A stretch of DNA of 36,437 nucleotides from Actinomycetota bacterium (GTDB taxonomy: Bacteria; Actinomycetota; Acidimicrobiia; Spongiisociales; UBA5794): positions 3,425-39,861 of the forward strand of contig JAYEIJ010000011.1 in the NCBI GenBank assembly GCA_034660035.1. Reading direction: 5' to 3'. The notes under the pieces are model-generated. The model had not been told where the DNA came from, made no database searches, and worked only from the letters and a program-made list of their open reading frames with translations. The first letter of the stretch is position 1, and each line of letters begins with the position of its first letter. Positions 1-10,149 of the stretch are shown here, piece after piece. Made by a program: the position numbers and the translations under genes.

Positions 1-52
1 CCGGCGATGGGTCCGACCGGGACACCGGCCATCGGTCCGACGGGGACGCCGG
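1..52 (+). repeat. Degenerate 24-bp in-frame tandem repeat (PA[M/I]GPTGT x2) in the E2 linker
   Basis: ccggcgatgggtccgaccgggaca / ccggccatcggtccgacggggacg / ccgg. Confidence 0.75.
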
Positions 53-1071
53 ACGAGGCACCGCCTGCTGCGGTGACGCCCGCTCCAACTCCGGCACCGG
101 CTCCTTCCGGTGATCCGTCACGGCGAGCCATCCTTTCGCCCGTGGTGCGCCGCCTCGCGACAGAGCACGATGTCGATCTCGATCTGGTTCCCGGCAGCGG
201 GGATGGAGGACGCATCACCCGGAAGGACGTCGAGCGCTACATCGCAGCGGGATCGGCCATCGCCGCTCCGGCGGCGGCTTCCACTGCAGAGGTAGTCACG
301 ATGGAGCCTGCACCGGTGGCGATCACGAGGGATGTGATCCCCGCCGCGGGTAGCGACGAGACGGTTGAGATTCCGCGCCTGCGACGCACGATCGCCGACC
401 ACATGATCCACGCCAAACGCACCGCAGCCCACGTGTGGACATCGATCGAGGTCGACTACGAGCACATTGAGCACGTCCGTGCCGCGCATCGTGATCGGTT
501 CAAGGCCGATGAGGGGTTCTCTCTGACGTATCTTCCGTTCATCGCTCGGGCGATGATGGATGCGCTCTCAGCGTTCCCGGTCGTGAACAGTTCTCTGGAT
601 CTCGCTGCCGGCACGCGCGTCTTCCACAATGGCGTGAACCTCGGCATCGCGATCGATCTCGACACGCAGGGCCTCCTCGTCGCGACCGTGCGCGGTGCAG
701 ACGGGCTGACGTTGAGAGGCCTTGCCCGCAGCATTCGGCAGATGGCGGAGAAGGCTCAAGACGGCGCTCTCGAACCGGATGACATCGCCGGCAGCACGTT
801 CACGATCACCAATCCCGGACCGTTCGGCTCGTACCTGAGCGCTCCGATCATCAACCTGCCGAACGTGGCGATCCTGTCGACCGACACGATCAAGAAGCGT
901 CCGGCCGTGGTGACCCTGCCGGATGGCACCGATGCCATCGCGGTCCGTCACATCGGCTACCTGGGTCTCACCTGGGATCATCGGGCGTTCGATGGCTCGA
1001 CAGCAACGAAGTTCCTCGCGCGGATCCAGACGAACCTCGAGACCTGGGATTGGGATCAGGAGCTTCGATGA
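1..1071 (+). CDS. 2-oxo-acid dehydrogenase E2, dihydrolipoamide acyltransferase (5'-truncated by window edge)
   Basis: E3-binding motif LSPVVRRLA..GSGDGGRITRKDV, catalytic TWDHRAFDG and GSTFTITNPG; frame open from position 1; lipoyl domain not in window. Confidence 0.93.
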   Translation, partial: PAMGPTGTPAIGPTGTPDEAPPAAVTPAPTPAPAPSGDPSRRAILSPVVRRLATEHDVDLDLVPGSGDGGRITRKDVERYIAAGSAIAAPAAASTAEVVTMEPAPVAITRDVIPAAGSDETVEIPRLRRTIADHMIHAKRTAAHVWTSIEVDYEHIEHVRAAHRDRFKADEGFSLTYLPFIARAMMDALSAFPVVNSSLDLAAGTRVFHNGVNLGIAIDLDTQGLLVATVRGADGLTLRGLARSIRQMAEKAQDGALEPDDIAGSTFTITNPGPFGSYLSAPIINLPNVAILSTDTIKKRPAVVTLPDGTDAIAVRHIGYLGLTWDHRAFDGSTATKFLARIQTNLETWDWDQELR

Positions 1072-2720
1072 TCGGAAGCGGGGAGCGTCTTCGGATCCGG
1101 TGGCTTGGACGCGTATCGTATGACGAGGGACTCGACCTCCAGCGGGCGATTCGTGATGGACGATCGACCGGTCGCACCAGCGACGACTACCTCCTGCTCC
1201 TGGAACACCCGCACACGTACACGGTGGGTCGCAGCGGCGACGGCTCGAACCTGAGGATCGCGGTCGGTCAACTCGGCACCATCGGTTCCGAACTCGTGTT
1301 CACCGATCGCGGCGGGGACATCACGTATCACGGACCCGGCCAACTCGTTGGTTATCCCATCGTCGCTGTGCCATCGCTGCCCGACGGATGGGACGCGGTC
1401 GGGCACCTCCGTCGCATCGAGGCGATGCTGGTCGCGTCCCTCGCCGATCTGGGGATCACAGCGTGGGCGGAGGATGGCTTCACGGGCGTGTGGACCGAGC
1501 ACGGGAAGATCGCTGCGATCGGTGTGAAGGTCTCGGGCGGGGTCTCGACGCACGGGTTCTCGATAAACGTGGCACCCGACTTGACCTACTTCGAACACAT
1601 CGTCCCGTGCGGGATCTCGAATCGCCCCGTGACCTCGCTCTCGGAGATCATCGGCCGGACGGTGCCGATGGAGTCGGTTGTCGAAGCGCTGATCCCGCGA
1701 GCAGTCGAAGTGTTCGGAGGGACCGCTGAGGTGCAGCTCGGTGCCTTCCCCAATCGCGATCGGTCTCACCTGTATGACGTAGACGCCATGGTCGCGGCGG
1801 GCGTGTTCTCCCCGAACCGCAATGGGGGCACGCCGATCACCGTTCGCGGTCTCCTCCCCGGTGAGCCCGGCAAGCCCGAGTGGATGCGGATCCGCGCCGA
1901 TCTCTCGACCGACGGTTTCCGAGGTCTCAAGAAACTGATGAGGGGGATGGAACTGCACACGGTCTGCGAAGAGGCCGGATGTCCCAACATCTTCGAGTGC
2001 TGGGAGTCGGGGACGTCGACCCTGATGCTGCTCGGCGAGACGTGCACGAGGGCCTGTGCGTTCTGCGACGTCAACACCGGCAAGCCCGGCCCCGTGGATC
2101 TTGACGAACCGGGTCGTGCCGCGGCAGCCGTCGAGCAGATGGGGTTGCGGCACGCCGTGTTGACCTCGGTGAACCGTGACGACCTCGCCGACGGTGGCGC
2201 CGGAGTCTTCGCCGCCACGATCGCGGCCATTCGGGAGAGGACGCCCGATTGCGAAGTCGAAGTGCTGATCCCGGACTTCAAGGGTTCTGTCGAAGATCTC
2301 GAGACGGTGATGGCATCCAAACCGGCCGTTCTCAATCACAACACAGAGACCGTTCTCCGCCTGCAACGGGATATCAGAACGGCAGCGACCTACGCGCGAT
2401 CGCTCACGCTCCTCGCTCGGGCGAAATGGACGAACCCCGCCGGTGTCGTGAAGTCGGGTCTGATCGTCGGGATGGGCGAGACCGAAGATGAGGTTCTCGG
2501 AGCGCTCGCCGACATGCGGGCCGTTGGCGTCGATATCGTCACCATCGGCCAGTACCTGCGACCCACCGCGAGGCACCGGCCCATCGACCGGTACGTCGAA
2601 CCCGATGAATTCACCCGGTATGCCGAAGAGGGCGAGCGTCTCGGGATTCCTCACGTCGAGGCTGGACCACTCGTTCGGTCCTCGTATCATGCCCGGGAAG
2701 CCCTGGAGGCCGCGCGATGA
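1068..2720 (+). CDS. lipA: Fused octanoyltransferase (LipB) - lipoyl synthase (LipA)
   Basis: N-half RGGDITYHGPGQLVGYP, KIAAIG, HGFSIN, IVPCG (LipB); C-half CEEAGCPNIFEC, CTRACAFC, RSSYHA (LipA); ATGA overlap with E2 stop sets start at 1068. Confidence 0.93.
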   Translation: MIGSGERLRIRWLGRVSYDEGLDLQRAIRDGRSTGRTSDDYLLLLEHPHTYTVGRSGDGSNLRIAVGQLGTIGSELVFTDRGGDITYHGPGQLVGYPIVAVPSLPDGWDAVGHLRRIEAMLVASLADLGITAWAEDGFTGVWTEHGKIAAIGVKVSGGVSTHGFSINVAPDLTYFEHIVPCGISNRPVTSLSEIIGRTVPMESVVEALIPRAVEVFGGTAEVQLGAFPNRDRSHLYDVDAMVAAGVFSPNRNGGTPITVRGLLPGEPGKPEWMRIRADLSTDGFRGLKKLMRGMELHTVCEEAGCPNIFECWESGTSTLMLLGETCTRACAFCDVNTGKPGPVDLDEPGRAAAAVEQMGLRHAVLTSVNRDDLADGGAGVFAATIAAIRERTPDCEVEVLIPDFKGSVEDLETVMASKPAVLNHNTETVLRLQRDIRTAATYARSLTLLARAKWTNPAGVVKSGLIVGMGETEDEVLGALADMRAVGVDIVTIGQYLRPTARHRPIDRYVEPDEFTRYAEEGERLGIPHVEAGPLVRSSYHAREALEAAR

Positions 2721-3790
2721 CTGGAGCAAGGATCGCCGCCGCCCGGGCCGCCCTTCGGGATCGCGGGATCGACGCTCTCCTCGTTTCGGTGGGCTCAGAT
2801 CTCCCGTACCTGACGGGTTACCGTGCGATGCCGCTCGAACGGATCACTGCACTCGTGGTTCCCGCCACGGGTGATCCCGCCCTGTTCGTTCCTGAACTCG
2901 AGGCGTCGAGGGTCGACACGTCCGTCGAGATCCGGCCGTGGGGAGAGACCGAAGACCCGATCGACCGAATCGCCACAGCACTGCCGAATCGGGGTGTCAT
3001 CGCAGTGGGGGATCAGATGTGGGCCTCGTTCCTCATCGCCTTCCAGGAGCGTCTGCCGGAGGCTCGCTTCGTCGACGCGGAACCGCTGATGGCGCCGTTG
3101 CGCATGATCAAGGACGAAGACGAGATCGCAGCACTGCGCGAGGCAGCGCACGGTGTCGACGGCGTCGCCGATCAACTCTCGGCCGTGCGCTTCTCCGGTC
3201 GCACCGAGCGTGAGATATCGCGGATCGTGTCCGATCTCGTTCTTGCTGCCGGTCATGATTCGGTCTCGTTCGCGATCGTTGCAGCCGGAAGGAATGGCGC
3301 ATCGCCCCATCACGAGGCCTCCGACCAGATCATCCAACCCGGTGACGCAGTGGTCGTCGACTTCGGTGGCCGGGTGCGCGGATACGGCTCCGACACCACC
3401 CGTATGTACTGCGTTGGGGAGTCACCGGGGGGCTTCGATGAGGCGTACGCGGTGCTCGAACGCGCTCAGGCCGCTGCCGTCGCGTCGGTACGTCCTGGAA
3501 CGACCGCTGAGGCGATCGATACCGCCGCTCGCTCGATCATATCGGCTGCCGGCTACGGGGAGTTCTTCATCCACAGAACCGGGCACGGCATCGGCCTCGA
3601 CGCTCACGAGCAGCCGTACATCGTTCAGGGGAACACCGGGCCGATTCGAGAGGGAATGGCATTCTCGATCGAGCCGGGAATCTACCTGCCGGATCGGTGG
3701 GGAATGCGGATCGAGGACATCGTCGTCGTCACCGACGACGGCGTCGAGCGGCTCAATCGCTCCTCGCGGAAACTGCGGTTCGTCGAGTAG
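2717..3790 (+). CDS. Xaa-Pro peptidase family (M24)
   Basis: [45 protein letters not shown]; ATGA overlap. Confidence 0.93.
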   Translation: MTGARIAAARAALRDRGIDALLVSVGSDLPYLTGYRAMPLERITALVVPATGDPALFVPELEASRVDTSVEIRPWGETEDPIDRIATALPNRGVIAVGDQMWASFLIAFQERLPEARFVDAEPLMAPLRMIKDEDEIAALREAAHGVDGVADQLSAVRFSGRTEREISRIVSDLVLAAGHDSVSFAIVAAGRNGASPHHEASDQIIQPGDAVVVDFGGRVRGYGSDTTRMYCVGESPGGFDEAYAVLERAQAAAVASVRPGTTAEAIDTAARSIISAAGYGEFFIHRTGHGIGLDAHEQPYIVQGNTGPIREGMAFSIEPGIYLPDRWGMRIEDIVVVTDDGVERLNRSSRKLRFVE

Positions 3791-3834
3791 CACCGTGCCG
3801 TTGGACGGTACGCTGCAGTCACATAGGAGGTCTG

Positions 3835-5793
3835 ATGAAGAACATGGTCGAGCAACGAGCCACCGACGCCCTCCGCATCCTGTCCATCGACGCGATCCAG
3901 CGGGCGAACTCCGGGCATCCCGGGATGCCGATGGGAATGGCCGACATCGCCTCGGTGCTCTGGTCCCGCTTTCTCGTTGTGGATCCGGACGATCCCACGT
4001 GGAGCGATCGAGACCGGTTCGTGCTGTCGAACGGGCACGGTTCGATGCTGCTCTACTCCCTGCTCCACCTCTCCGGCTTCCCCTTGACCATGGACGATCT
4101 CAAGGCGTTCCGGCAATTCGGTTCGGTGACGGCCGGGCATCCGGAATACGATCCCGAACTCGGTATCGAGATGACCACCGGCCCGCTCGGACAGGGTTTC
4201 GCCACAGGGGTCGGGATGGCGATCGGAGAGGCGCACCTACGAGGGGTTCTCGGTGCCGATCTGGTCGATCACAGGATCTACGGATTCGTCTCCGACGGCG
4301 ACCTCATGGAGGGCGTATCGGCTGAGGCCGCTTCGCTGGCCGGGCATCTCGGACTTGGCAAGATCACCTACCTCTATGACGACAACCACATAACGATCGA
4401 CGGCACGACGGATCTGGCGTTCACGGAGGACGTGGCCGCGCGATTCGATTCGTACGGATGGCACACGATCGCCGTCGACGGACACGATCGGGACGCGATC
4501 GCCGACGCCATAGCAGCGGCCAACGAGGATGGGCGGCCATCACTCGTGCTCTGTCGCACCCACATCGGTTTCGGATCACCCAACAAGCAGGACACGTCGG
4601 CCTCTCACGGATCACCGCTTGGAGATGACGAGATCGCACTGACCCGGGCCGCCTACGGCTGGGACCTCCCACCGTTCGAGATGTCCGACGACGTATACGG
4701 GTTCTATCACGGCGCGATGGAACGCGGCAGGCGATCCCGGGCAGCGTGGATGGAACGTCGCGATACCGCCGTCGCCGCCGATGCGAGCGTGGCGAAGATC
4801 CTGGCTTCGTATTTCGACGCACCGGCTCTTCATCTCGGCATCCCACACCACGAGGCGGGTTCGTCGGTTGCGACGAGGACGCTCTCCGGTGAGGTGCTCC
4901 AGGAAGCCGCCGGGTCGCTCCCGGGACTCATTGGAGGTTCCGCCGATCTGACCCCCTCGAACAACAGCCGGATCGAGACGTCCGGCGACTTCACATCATC
5001 GGATCGGACCGGTCGAAACGTTCGATTCGGGATCCGCGAACACGCCATGGGATCGATCGTCAATGGGATCACGCTCCACGGTGGGCTTCGGGGATACGGT
5101 GCAACGTTCCTCACGTTCTCGGACTACATGCGCCCTGCCGTCCGTCTCGGCGCCCTGATGGGCACCCCCTCTATCTGGGTATGGACACACGATTCGGTGT
5201 TCCTCGGCGAAGACGGACCGACACATCAGCCGGTCGAGCACCTCGCCGCTCTCCGATCGATCCCGGGCCTTCGTGTGATCCGTCCGGCCGACCCCACCGA
5301 GGTCACCGTCGCGTGGGAGATGGCGATCGGTCACGTTTCCGGCCCGACGGCACTCATCCTCACCCGCCAGGGTCTGCCCGTTCCTCGAGAGCCCATCGAC
5401 CGGGACCTGGTTGCCAGGGGTGGCTACGTCCGCCGGCAAGGGAGCGACGCCGTGCTGATCGCCACCGGGTCGGAAGTGCCGCTTGCGGAACAAGCAGCAG
5501 AACTCATCGGCGATAGTGGACACTCGATCAGGGTCGTCTCGATGCCGAGCGTCGAGGTCTTCCTCTCCCAGGACACTGAGTACCGGGCCGCGGTCCTGGG
5601 TGACGATCTCCCGATCGCGACGATCGAGGCAGGCGTGACATTCGGATGGGAACGCTTCTCCGGGCCGACCGGGCTCCGCATCGGGATCGACCACTTCGGT
5701 GCGTCCGCGGCGGCGTCGGTCATCGCCGAGGAGTGGGGCTTCACGCCCCAGGCCGTGTCGGACCGTCTTGCCGCCTGGCTCGGCGAATCCTGA
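3835..5793 (+). CDS. tkt: Transketolase
   Basis: [56 protein letters not shown]; GGAGG RBS before ATG 3835. Confidence 0.96.
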   Translation: MKNMVEQRATDALRILSIDAIQRANSGHPGMPMGMADIASVLWSRFLVVDPDDPTWSDRDRFVLSNGHGSMLLYSLLHLSGFPLTMDDLKAFRQFGSVTAGHPEYDPELGIEMTTGPLGQGFATGVGMAIGEAHLRGVLGADLVDHRIYGFVSDGDLMEGVSAEAASLAGHLGLGKITYLYDDNHITIDGTTDLAFTEDVAARFDSYGWHTIAVDGHDRDAIADAIAAANEDGRPSLVLCRTHIGFGSPNKQDTSASHGSPLGDDEIALTRAAYGWDLPPFEMSDDVYGFYHGAMERGRRSRAAWMERRDTAVAADASVAKILASYFDAPALHLGIPHHEAGSSVATRTLSGEVLQEAAGSLPGLIGGSADLTPSNNSRIETSGDFTSSDRTGRNVRFGIREHAMGSIVNGITLHGGLRGYGATFLTFSDYMRPAVRLGALMGTPSIWVWTHDSVFLGEDGPTHQPVEHLAALRSIPGLRVIRPADPTEVTVAWEMAIGHVSGPTALILTRQGLPVPREPIDRDLVARGGYVRRQGSDAVLIATGSEVPLAEQAAELIGDSGHSIRVVSMPSVEVFLSQDTEYRAAVLGDDLPIATIEAGVTFGWERFSGPTGLRIGIDHFGASAAASVIAEEWGFTPQAVSDRLAAWLGES

Positions 5794-5795
5794 AG

Positions 5796-6338
5796 ATGCG
5801 GATCTACACCCGACGCGGCGATGACGGGACGACGGGGCTGTTCCATGGAGGCCGGGTTGGGAAGGACTCCAGCGGTCCCGAGGCGTACGGGACGGTGGAT
5901 GAGGCCGTCTCGGCTCTCGGCATCGTCAGGGCTCAGGCCGAGTCCGAACTCGCAGAAGCCGTGCTCGACGTGCAGCGGGATCTCTTCGTGGTAGCGGCGG
6001 AACTTGCCACCGATCCCGGCCGCCGGGACCTGCTCGAAGCGGGTGTCAGCCGGGTTGATCCCTCCATGATCGACCGCCTCGAGAACCGGATCGACCGAAT
6101 CGAGTCCGAGGTGGGGATGCCGACTGAGTTCATTGTTCCCGGCGGCGAACCGATCGCGGCGACGATCGACGTCGCCCGCACCATCGTGCGAAGAGCCGAA
6201 CGCAGGGCCGTGACCCATCTCGCCGAAGAGTCGGACTCGCTCGTCGTGCCCTACCTCAACCGTCTTGCCGACTATCTGTACATGCTCGCTCGCGCCGTAG
6301 AGCGCGAGTGGACCCCGACACGAGGAGAAACCACATGA
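5796..6338 (+). CDS. ATP:cob(I)alamin adenosyltransferase, PduO type
   Basis: IYTRRGDDGTTGL, EAYGTVDE, ARTIVRRAER, YLNRLADYLY..AR. Confidence 0.92.
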   Translation: MRIYTRRGDDGTTGLFHGGRVGKDSSGPEAYGTVDEAVSALGIVRAQAESELAEAVLDVQRDLFVVAAELATDPGRRDLLEAGVSRVDPSMIDRLENRIDRIESEVGMPTEFIVPGGEPIAATIDVARTIVRRAERRAVTHLAEESDSLVVPYLNRLADYLYMLARAVEREWTPTRGETT

Positions 6339-7789
6339 CCGAGATCGTTCCGAGCGGTGCCCTATCCGCCTCAACAGCAGATCTGTTGATCGTTCCAGTG
6401 TTCGCGGACCTGACCTGGGGCCCCGGCGCCGAGTCGACGGCCGATCAGTTGGGACCCTGGCTGGCCGACTACCTGGAGACACGCGAATTCACCGGAGCCG
6501 CCGGCCAACTCGTTGTTGTTCCCGGAGGTGCTCTCTCCTTCGGATCTGTGGCATTCGTCGGTCTCGGCGACGAAGTCGATGCGGAATCGCTTCGTCGAGC
6601 GGCCGGTACCGTCGGCCGGATGTCGGCCCCGTACCCGTCGACGGCAACGACCCTGCACCTGGTCGACGTCGAGGGAGCGATCGGGGCCGTGGCACTCGGC
6701 TATCTCCTCGGGGCCTACCGATTCGACGCGTATCGAAGTGAGCCGAAACCACGTTCCAACGAGCGTCTCGAGCTCCTCGAGGCAGGAGAGGGCGCAGGGG
6801 CGGAGATTCGGGATGCGGCGGCGATCGCCCGCGGCGTCGCCCTCGCTCGCGACCTGATCAACCAGCCGGCCGTAGACAAGTCACCCGAGGTTCTCGCCGG
6901 CCGAGCACGATCGCTCAGCGACAGCATCTCCGTCGAGATCGTAGATGAAGTTGAAGCAGCGGAGCGGGGGTACGGGGGGCTGCTCGCCGTCGGCGCCGGA
7001 GCCACGAATCCACCGCGGATGGTCATCATGAGCTACGGGCCTGCCGATGCCGGCGCGTTCGTTGCGTTCGTCGGCAAGGGGATCGTGTTCGACTCCGGGG
7101 GTCTCTCGCTGAAGACGGCGAAGGGTATGGAGGACATGAAGACCGACATGGCAGGAGCGGCCGCCGTCTACGGAGCCATGCAGGCGATCGCGGAACTCGA
7201 GCTTCCGGTCCGCGTGCTCGGAGTGACGCCCCTATCCGAGAACATGACGGGCGGGTCGGCGCAGCGCCCCGGTGACGTGTTCACCGCGTACAACGGGAAG
7301 ACGGTCGAAGTTCTCAACACCGACGCCGAGGGGCGCCTTGTGCTCGCCGACGGGCTGGGAATCGCTGCCGAGGCCGGACCCGACATGATCGTCGACATCG
7401 CCACCCTGACCGGGGCAGCGAAGGTCGCTCTCGGACCGACGGTGGGGGCGATCTTCGGCAACGATGACGGTGCCATCGCTGCGGTGGAGGCCGCAGCCAG
7501 GTTCGCCGGCGAGTCGATGTGGACGATGCCGTTCGAACGCTCATACCGATCTCTGCTCGATTCGCCGATCGCTGATCTGAAGAACATCGGTGACCAGTGG
7601 GGAGGAGCGATCACAGCAGCCCTCTTCCTCTCCGAGTTCGTGGATGATCGACCCTGGGTTCATCTCGACATCGCCGGCCCCGGCCGTGCCGACAAGACCG
7701 AGCACTACCTCCTGAAGGGTGCAACCGGGTTCACGGTCCGGACCCTGGTGGAACTAGCGAGGAAGATGGCGGGTGCAGTAGAGCAGTAG
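6335..7789 (+). CDS. pepA: Leucyl aminopeptidase (M17)
   Basis: VGKGIVFDSGG, MKTDMAGAA, NTDAEGRLVLAD, DIATLTGA, HLDIAG; GAGGAG RBS and ATGA overlap. Confidence 0.95.
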   Translation: MTEIVPSGALSASTADLLIVPVFADLTWGPGAESTADQLGPWLADYLETREFTGAAGQLVVVPGGALSFGSVAFVGLGDEVDAESLRRAAGTVGRMSAPYPSTATTLHLVDVEGAIGAVALGYLLGAYRFDAYRSEPKPRSNERLELLEAGEGAGAEIRDAAAIARGVALARDLINQPAVDKSPEVLAGRARSLSDSISVEIVDEVEAAERGYGGLLAVGAGATNPPRMVIMSYGPADAGAFVAFVGKGIVFDSGGLSLKTAKGMEDMKTDMAGAAAVYGAMQAIAELELPVRVLGVTPLSENMTGGSAQRPGDVFTAYNGKTVEVLNTDAEGRLVLADGLGIAAEAGPDMIVDIATLTGAAKVALGPTVGAIFGNDDGAIAAVEAAARFAGESMWTMPFERSYRSLLDSPIADLKNIGDQWGGAITAALFLSEFVDDRPWVHLDIAGPGRADKTEHYLLKGATGFTVRTLVELARKMAGAVEQ

Positions 7790-7857
7790 AGCAGTAGAGC
7801 AGGCAGAGTCTTCACTGACTACTGACTACTGACTACTGACTACTGACTACTGACTAC
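7775..7857. repeat. Two-armed short tandem repeat array A: (GCAGTAGA)x3 then (ACTGACT)x6
   Basis: Left arm 7775-7802, right arm 7814-7855; contains the stop codons of both convergent genes. Confidence 0.92.
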
Positions 7858-8898
7858 GTGCTCGATCGGGCAGGTCATCGATCGCTTGATCTTCAACGAG
7901 TTGAAACGGGCCGAACGGGCATCGTAGGTGATGAGGCGATCGATCAGGCGGTCCGGTGAACCGATCACGTGCTTGAGGGCCTCGACGGCCATCAGCGACC
8001 CGATCACGCCCGTCACCGCTCCGAGGACACCGACGTCGCTGCACGTGGTTTCGCTCTCCGGCAGATCCGGGAACAGGCATCGGTAGCACGGACCGACGCG
8101 AGGATCGAAGCCCGCCACGAGACCCTCCCACCGGATCGCGGCGCCGTGGATGAAGGGGATCCCTGCTCCGGCGGCGGCATCATTGACGGCGAGGCGACCG
8201 GCATAGTTGTCGGATGCATCGATCACCAGGTCATACCCGTCGACCAGGTTCCTTGCGTTCCTTTCGTCGAGCCAGGTCGCGATCGGGACGACGGTCACAT
8301 CGGAGTTGAGAGAGCGTGCGCTCGCCATCGCCGCGTCGGTCTTTCGCATGCCGACGGCGGCCTCACCGAAGAGCACCTGGCGCTGCAGGTTCGTCGAGTC
8401 CACGCGATCTCCGTCGACGATGGCGATGGTGCCGATTCCCGCTGCGGCGAGGTACTGGATCACCGGAGAACCGAGTCCGCCTGCACCGACAACCATCACG
8501 CGGGCGGCCCGGATCCTGCGTTGGCCGGCCGGTCCGAGATCGGCGAGTCGAAGATGCCGGTCGTATCGATTCGGTGGATCGTCGCCCGCGGTGACGATGG
8601 GTCGCTGTTCGGATCGCCAGCGGCGAAAGCCCCCGAGGAGTGACACGATGCCGGTGTAGCCGCGCTCTGAGAGAGACCTTGCGGCAACACGCGAGGCCTC
8701 CCCGATGCCGCAGTAGAGGAGGATCGGGGAGTCGGGGGAGGGGGCCAGTTCCGCGATCCGGTCCAGATCCATGCGATCGACCCGGATCGAGCCGACGAGT
8801 TCGTGGCTGGGACGATCGCCTTCGCGAAGGTCGATGATGGCGACGAACGAGTCGAGGACGACGTCGTCGGGTGCGATCTCGGTGGCCTTGGACTGCAT
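7840..8898 (-). CDS. moeB: MoeB/ThiF adenylyltransferase with N-terminal rhodanese domain
   Basis: Rhodanese LLYCGIG, SLLGGFRRW; ThiF GAGGLGS, DRVDSTNLQRQ, CYRC, CSDVGVLG; start at ATG 8898 (TAGCCT 7 nt upstream). Confidence 0.85.
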   Translation of the reverse strand: MQSKATEIAPDDVVLDSFVAIIDLREGDRPSHELVGSIRVDRMDLDRIAELAPSPDSPILLYCGIGEASRVAARSLSERGYTGIVSLLGGFRRWRSEQRPIVTAGDDPPNRYDRHLRLADLGPAGQRRIRAARVMVVGAGGLGSPVIQYLAAAGIGTIAIVDGDRVDSTNLQRQVLFGEAAVGMRKTDAAMASARSLNSDVTVVPIATWLDERNARNLVDGYDLVIDASDNYAGRLAVNDAAAGAGIPFIHGAAIRWEGLVAGFDPRVGPCYRCLFPDLPESETTCSDVGVLGAVTGVIGSLMAVEALKHVIGSPDRLIDRLITYDARSARFNSLKIKRSMTCPIEHVVSSQ

Positions 8899-8908
8899 GG
8901 CCGTGAGG

Positions 8909-9661
8909 CTACTCGGAGCCGGTGAGGCGGTCGACGAGCGTGGGCACGATCTCGCCGGCAGTGCCGTCGACGAGAACGGCTGCACGGAAGTCGTGATCGG
9001 TCTTGCCGCGGTTGATGATCACCATCGGGTGGCCGCGGTCGACCACGTCGAGCGGAACGAACGCTGCCGGGTAGACGGAGAGGGATGAGCCGATGACGAG
9101 TACGGCATCGGCTTGCTCCGCCATGTCCCACGCCCGCCTTGTAGCGTCCATCGGCAGGTCTTCGCCGAAGTAGACGATCGTGGTCTTCAGGATCCCATTG
9201 CATCGGTGGCACGGAGGATCCTCTTCGCCGGATTCCCATCGCTGCTCGATCTCATCGAACTCGGGTTCGTCACCGCAGGAGATGCAGTGGATCCGATTCG
9301 CGGATCCGTGCAGTTCGACGAGCGCTTCGGGTGCGAGGCCGGAAGCGATATGAAGACCATCGACGTTCTGCGTCACGCATCCGACCAGGTGGCCGGATTC
9401 CCACAGTCGGGTTACGGCGTGGTGTGCATAGTTCGGGGAGGCGTCGAGGTACGGGGAACGGAATCGCTTCCCCCACGACTCCCTTCGAAATCCCGGATCA
9501 GTGATGTAGCGATCGTATGTGTAGTCGGCCGGATCGAATCGCTTCCAGATCCCCTGGGGCCCGCGAAAATCCGGAATGCCTGACTCGGTCGATATGCCGG
9601 CGCCGGTGAATACGAGAATCCGTTTCCGTCCTGAGAGAACCTCTACGGCCCGTTCGATCAT
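8909..9661 (-). CDS. cobB: NAD-dependent protein deacylase (Sir2/CobB family)
   Basis: TGAGISTESGIPDFRG, TQNVDGLH, ELHG, CISC/CHRC Zn pairs, GSSLSVYPAA; alternative TTG start at 9676 overlapping the upstream stop. Confidence 0.92.
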   Translation of the reverse strand: MIERAVEVLSGRKRILVFTGAGISTESGIPDFRGPQGIWKRFDPADYTYDRYITDPGFRRESWGKRFRSPYLDASPNYAHHAVTRLWESGHLVGCVTQNVDGLHIASGLAPEALVELHGSANRIHCISCGDEPEFDEIEQRWESGEEDPPCHRCNGILKTTIVYFGEDLPMDATRRAWDMAEQADAVLVIGSSLSVYPAAFVPLDVVDRGHPMVIINRGKTDHDFRAAVLVDGTAGEIVPTLVDRLTGSE

Positions 9662-9672
9662 GGGTCCAGTGT

Positions 9673-10149
9673 TCAACCTCGGCGAGCGATTGGCAAGTCG
9701 ACCACTGCTCGACGGTGCTCCCGGCGCAGCGAAGGCGTCATCAGGCGGACATACCGGCTGGGGAGCGGGGGAATCAACACCCCGGTGAGGAGTTGCCCGC
9801 GACTCCATGAGACGAGACCCTCTCTCGAGAGGAGAGAGGTATTCGTTGGAAGGGGGAGGGAGCGGCCGCGTTGTGCGGCGACGGCAAGACGCATCAGGTC
9901 TGCGACCGCTCCCGGACCGATCGCTGCTGTCCAGAACTTGCGGACGTAGGGGTGATGAGACGGAAATCCCCACGACGTCCCTTCCCACACGGCCGGGTGT
10001 ATCTCAACGCGTGGAACAACCGTTGGGCGGACGCAGTCGGAGGGTTGACCGGCGACGCCCGGAGGTGGCGCGAGGTTCCTGGAACCGGTGGGAGGACGGG
10101 CACTGTTTCGAGGAACATCTCCGGACGTCGCCGTGACTGAAAGGGTCAT
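9673..10149 (-). CDS. Hypothetical protein (YVRKFWTAAIGP motif)
   Basis: Fills the gap between ABC and sirtuin genes co-directionally; folded-looking core GFPSHHPYVRKFWTAAIGPGAVADLMRL..PPLP..LRREH; start uncertain. Confidence 0.6.
   Translation of the reverse strand: MTLSVTATSGDVPRNSARPPTGSRNLAPPPGVAGQPSDCVRPTVVPRVEIHPAVWEGTSWGFPSHHPYVRKFWTAAIGPGAVADLMRLAVAAQRGRSLPLPTNTSLLSREGLVSWSRGQLLTGVLIPPLPSRYVRLMTPSLRREHRRAVVDLPIARRG

Noticed and set aside
1056-2729. Long antisense ORFs (e.g. 1056-2729, 16818-18278, 20724-21878, 35216-36403)
   Set aside because: Shadows of well-supported genes on the opposite strand; expected in GC-rich DNA; no motifs
5700-5800. Cobalamin riboswitch near pduO or the mutase
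   Set aside because: No intergenic space before pduO and no B12-box before the mutase
8909-9661. Sirtuin plus ThiF protein as an anti-phage system
   Set aside because: The sirtuin has the Zn-binding housekeeping CobB pattern and the ThiF protein is MoeB-like; no E2/JAB, cyclase, HerA or Argonaute partner is present
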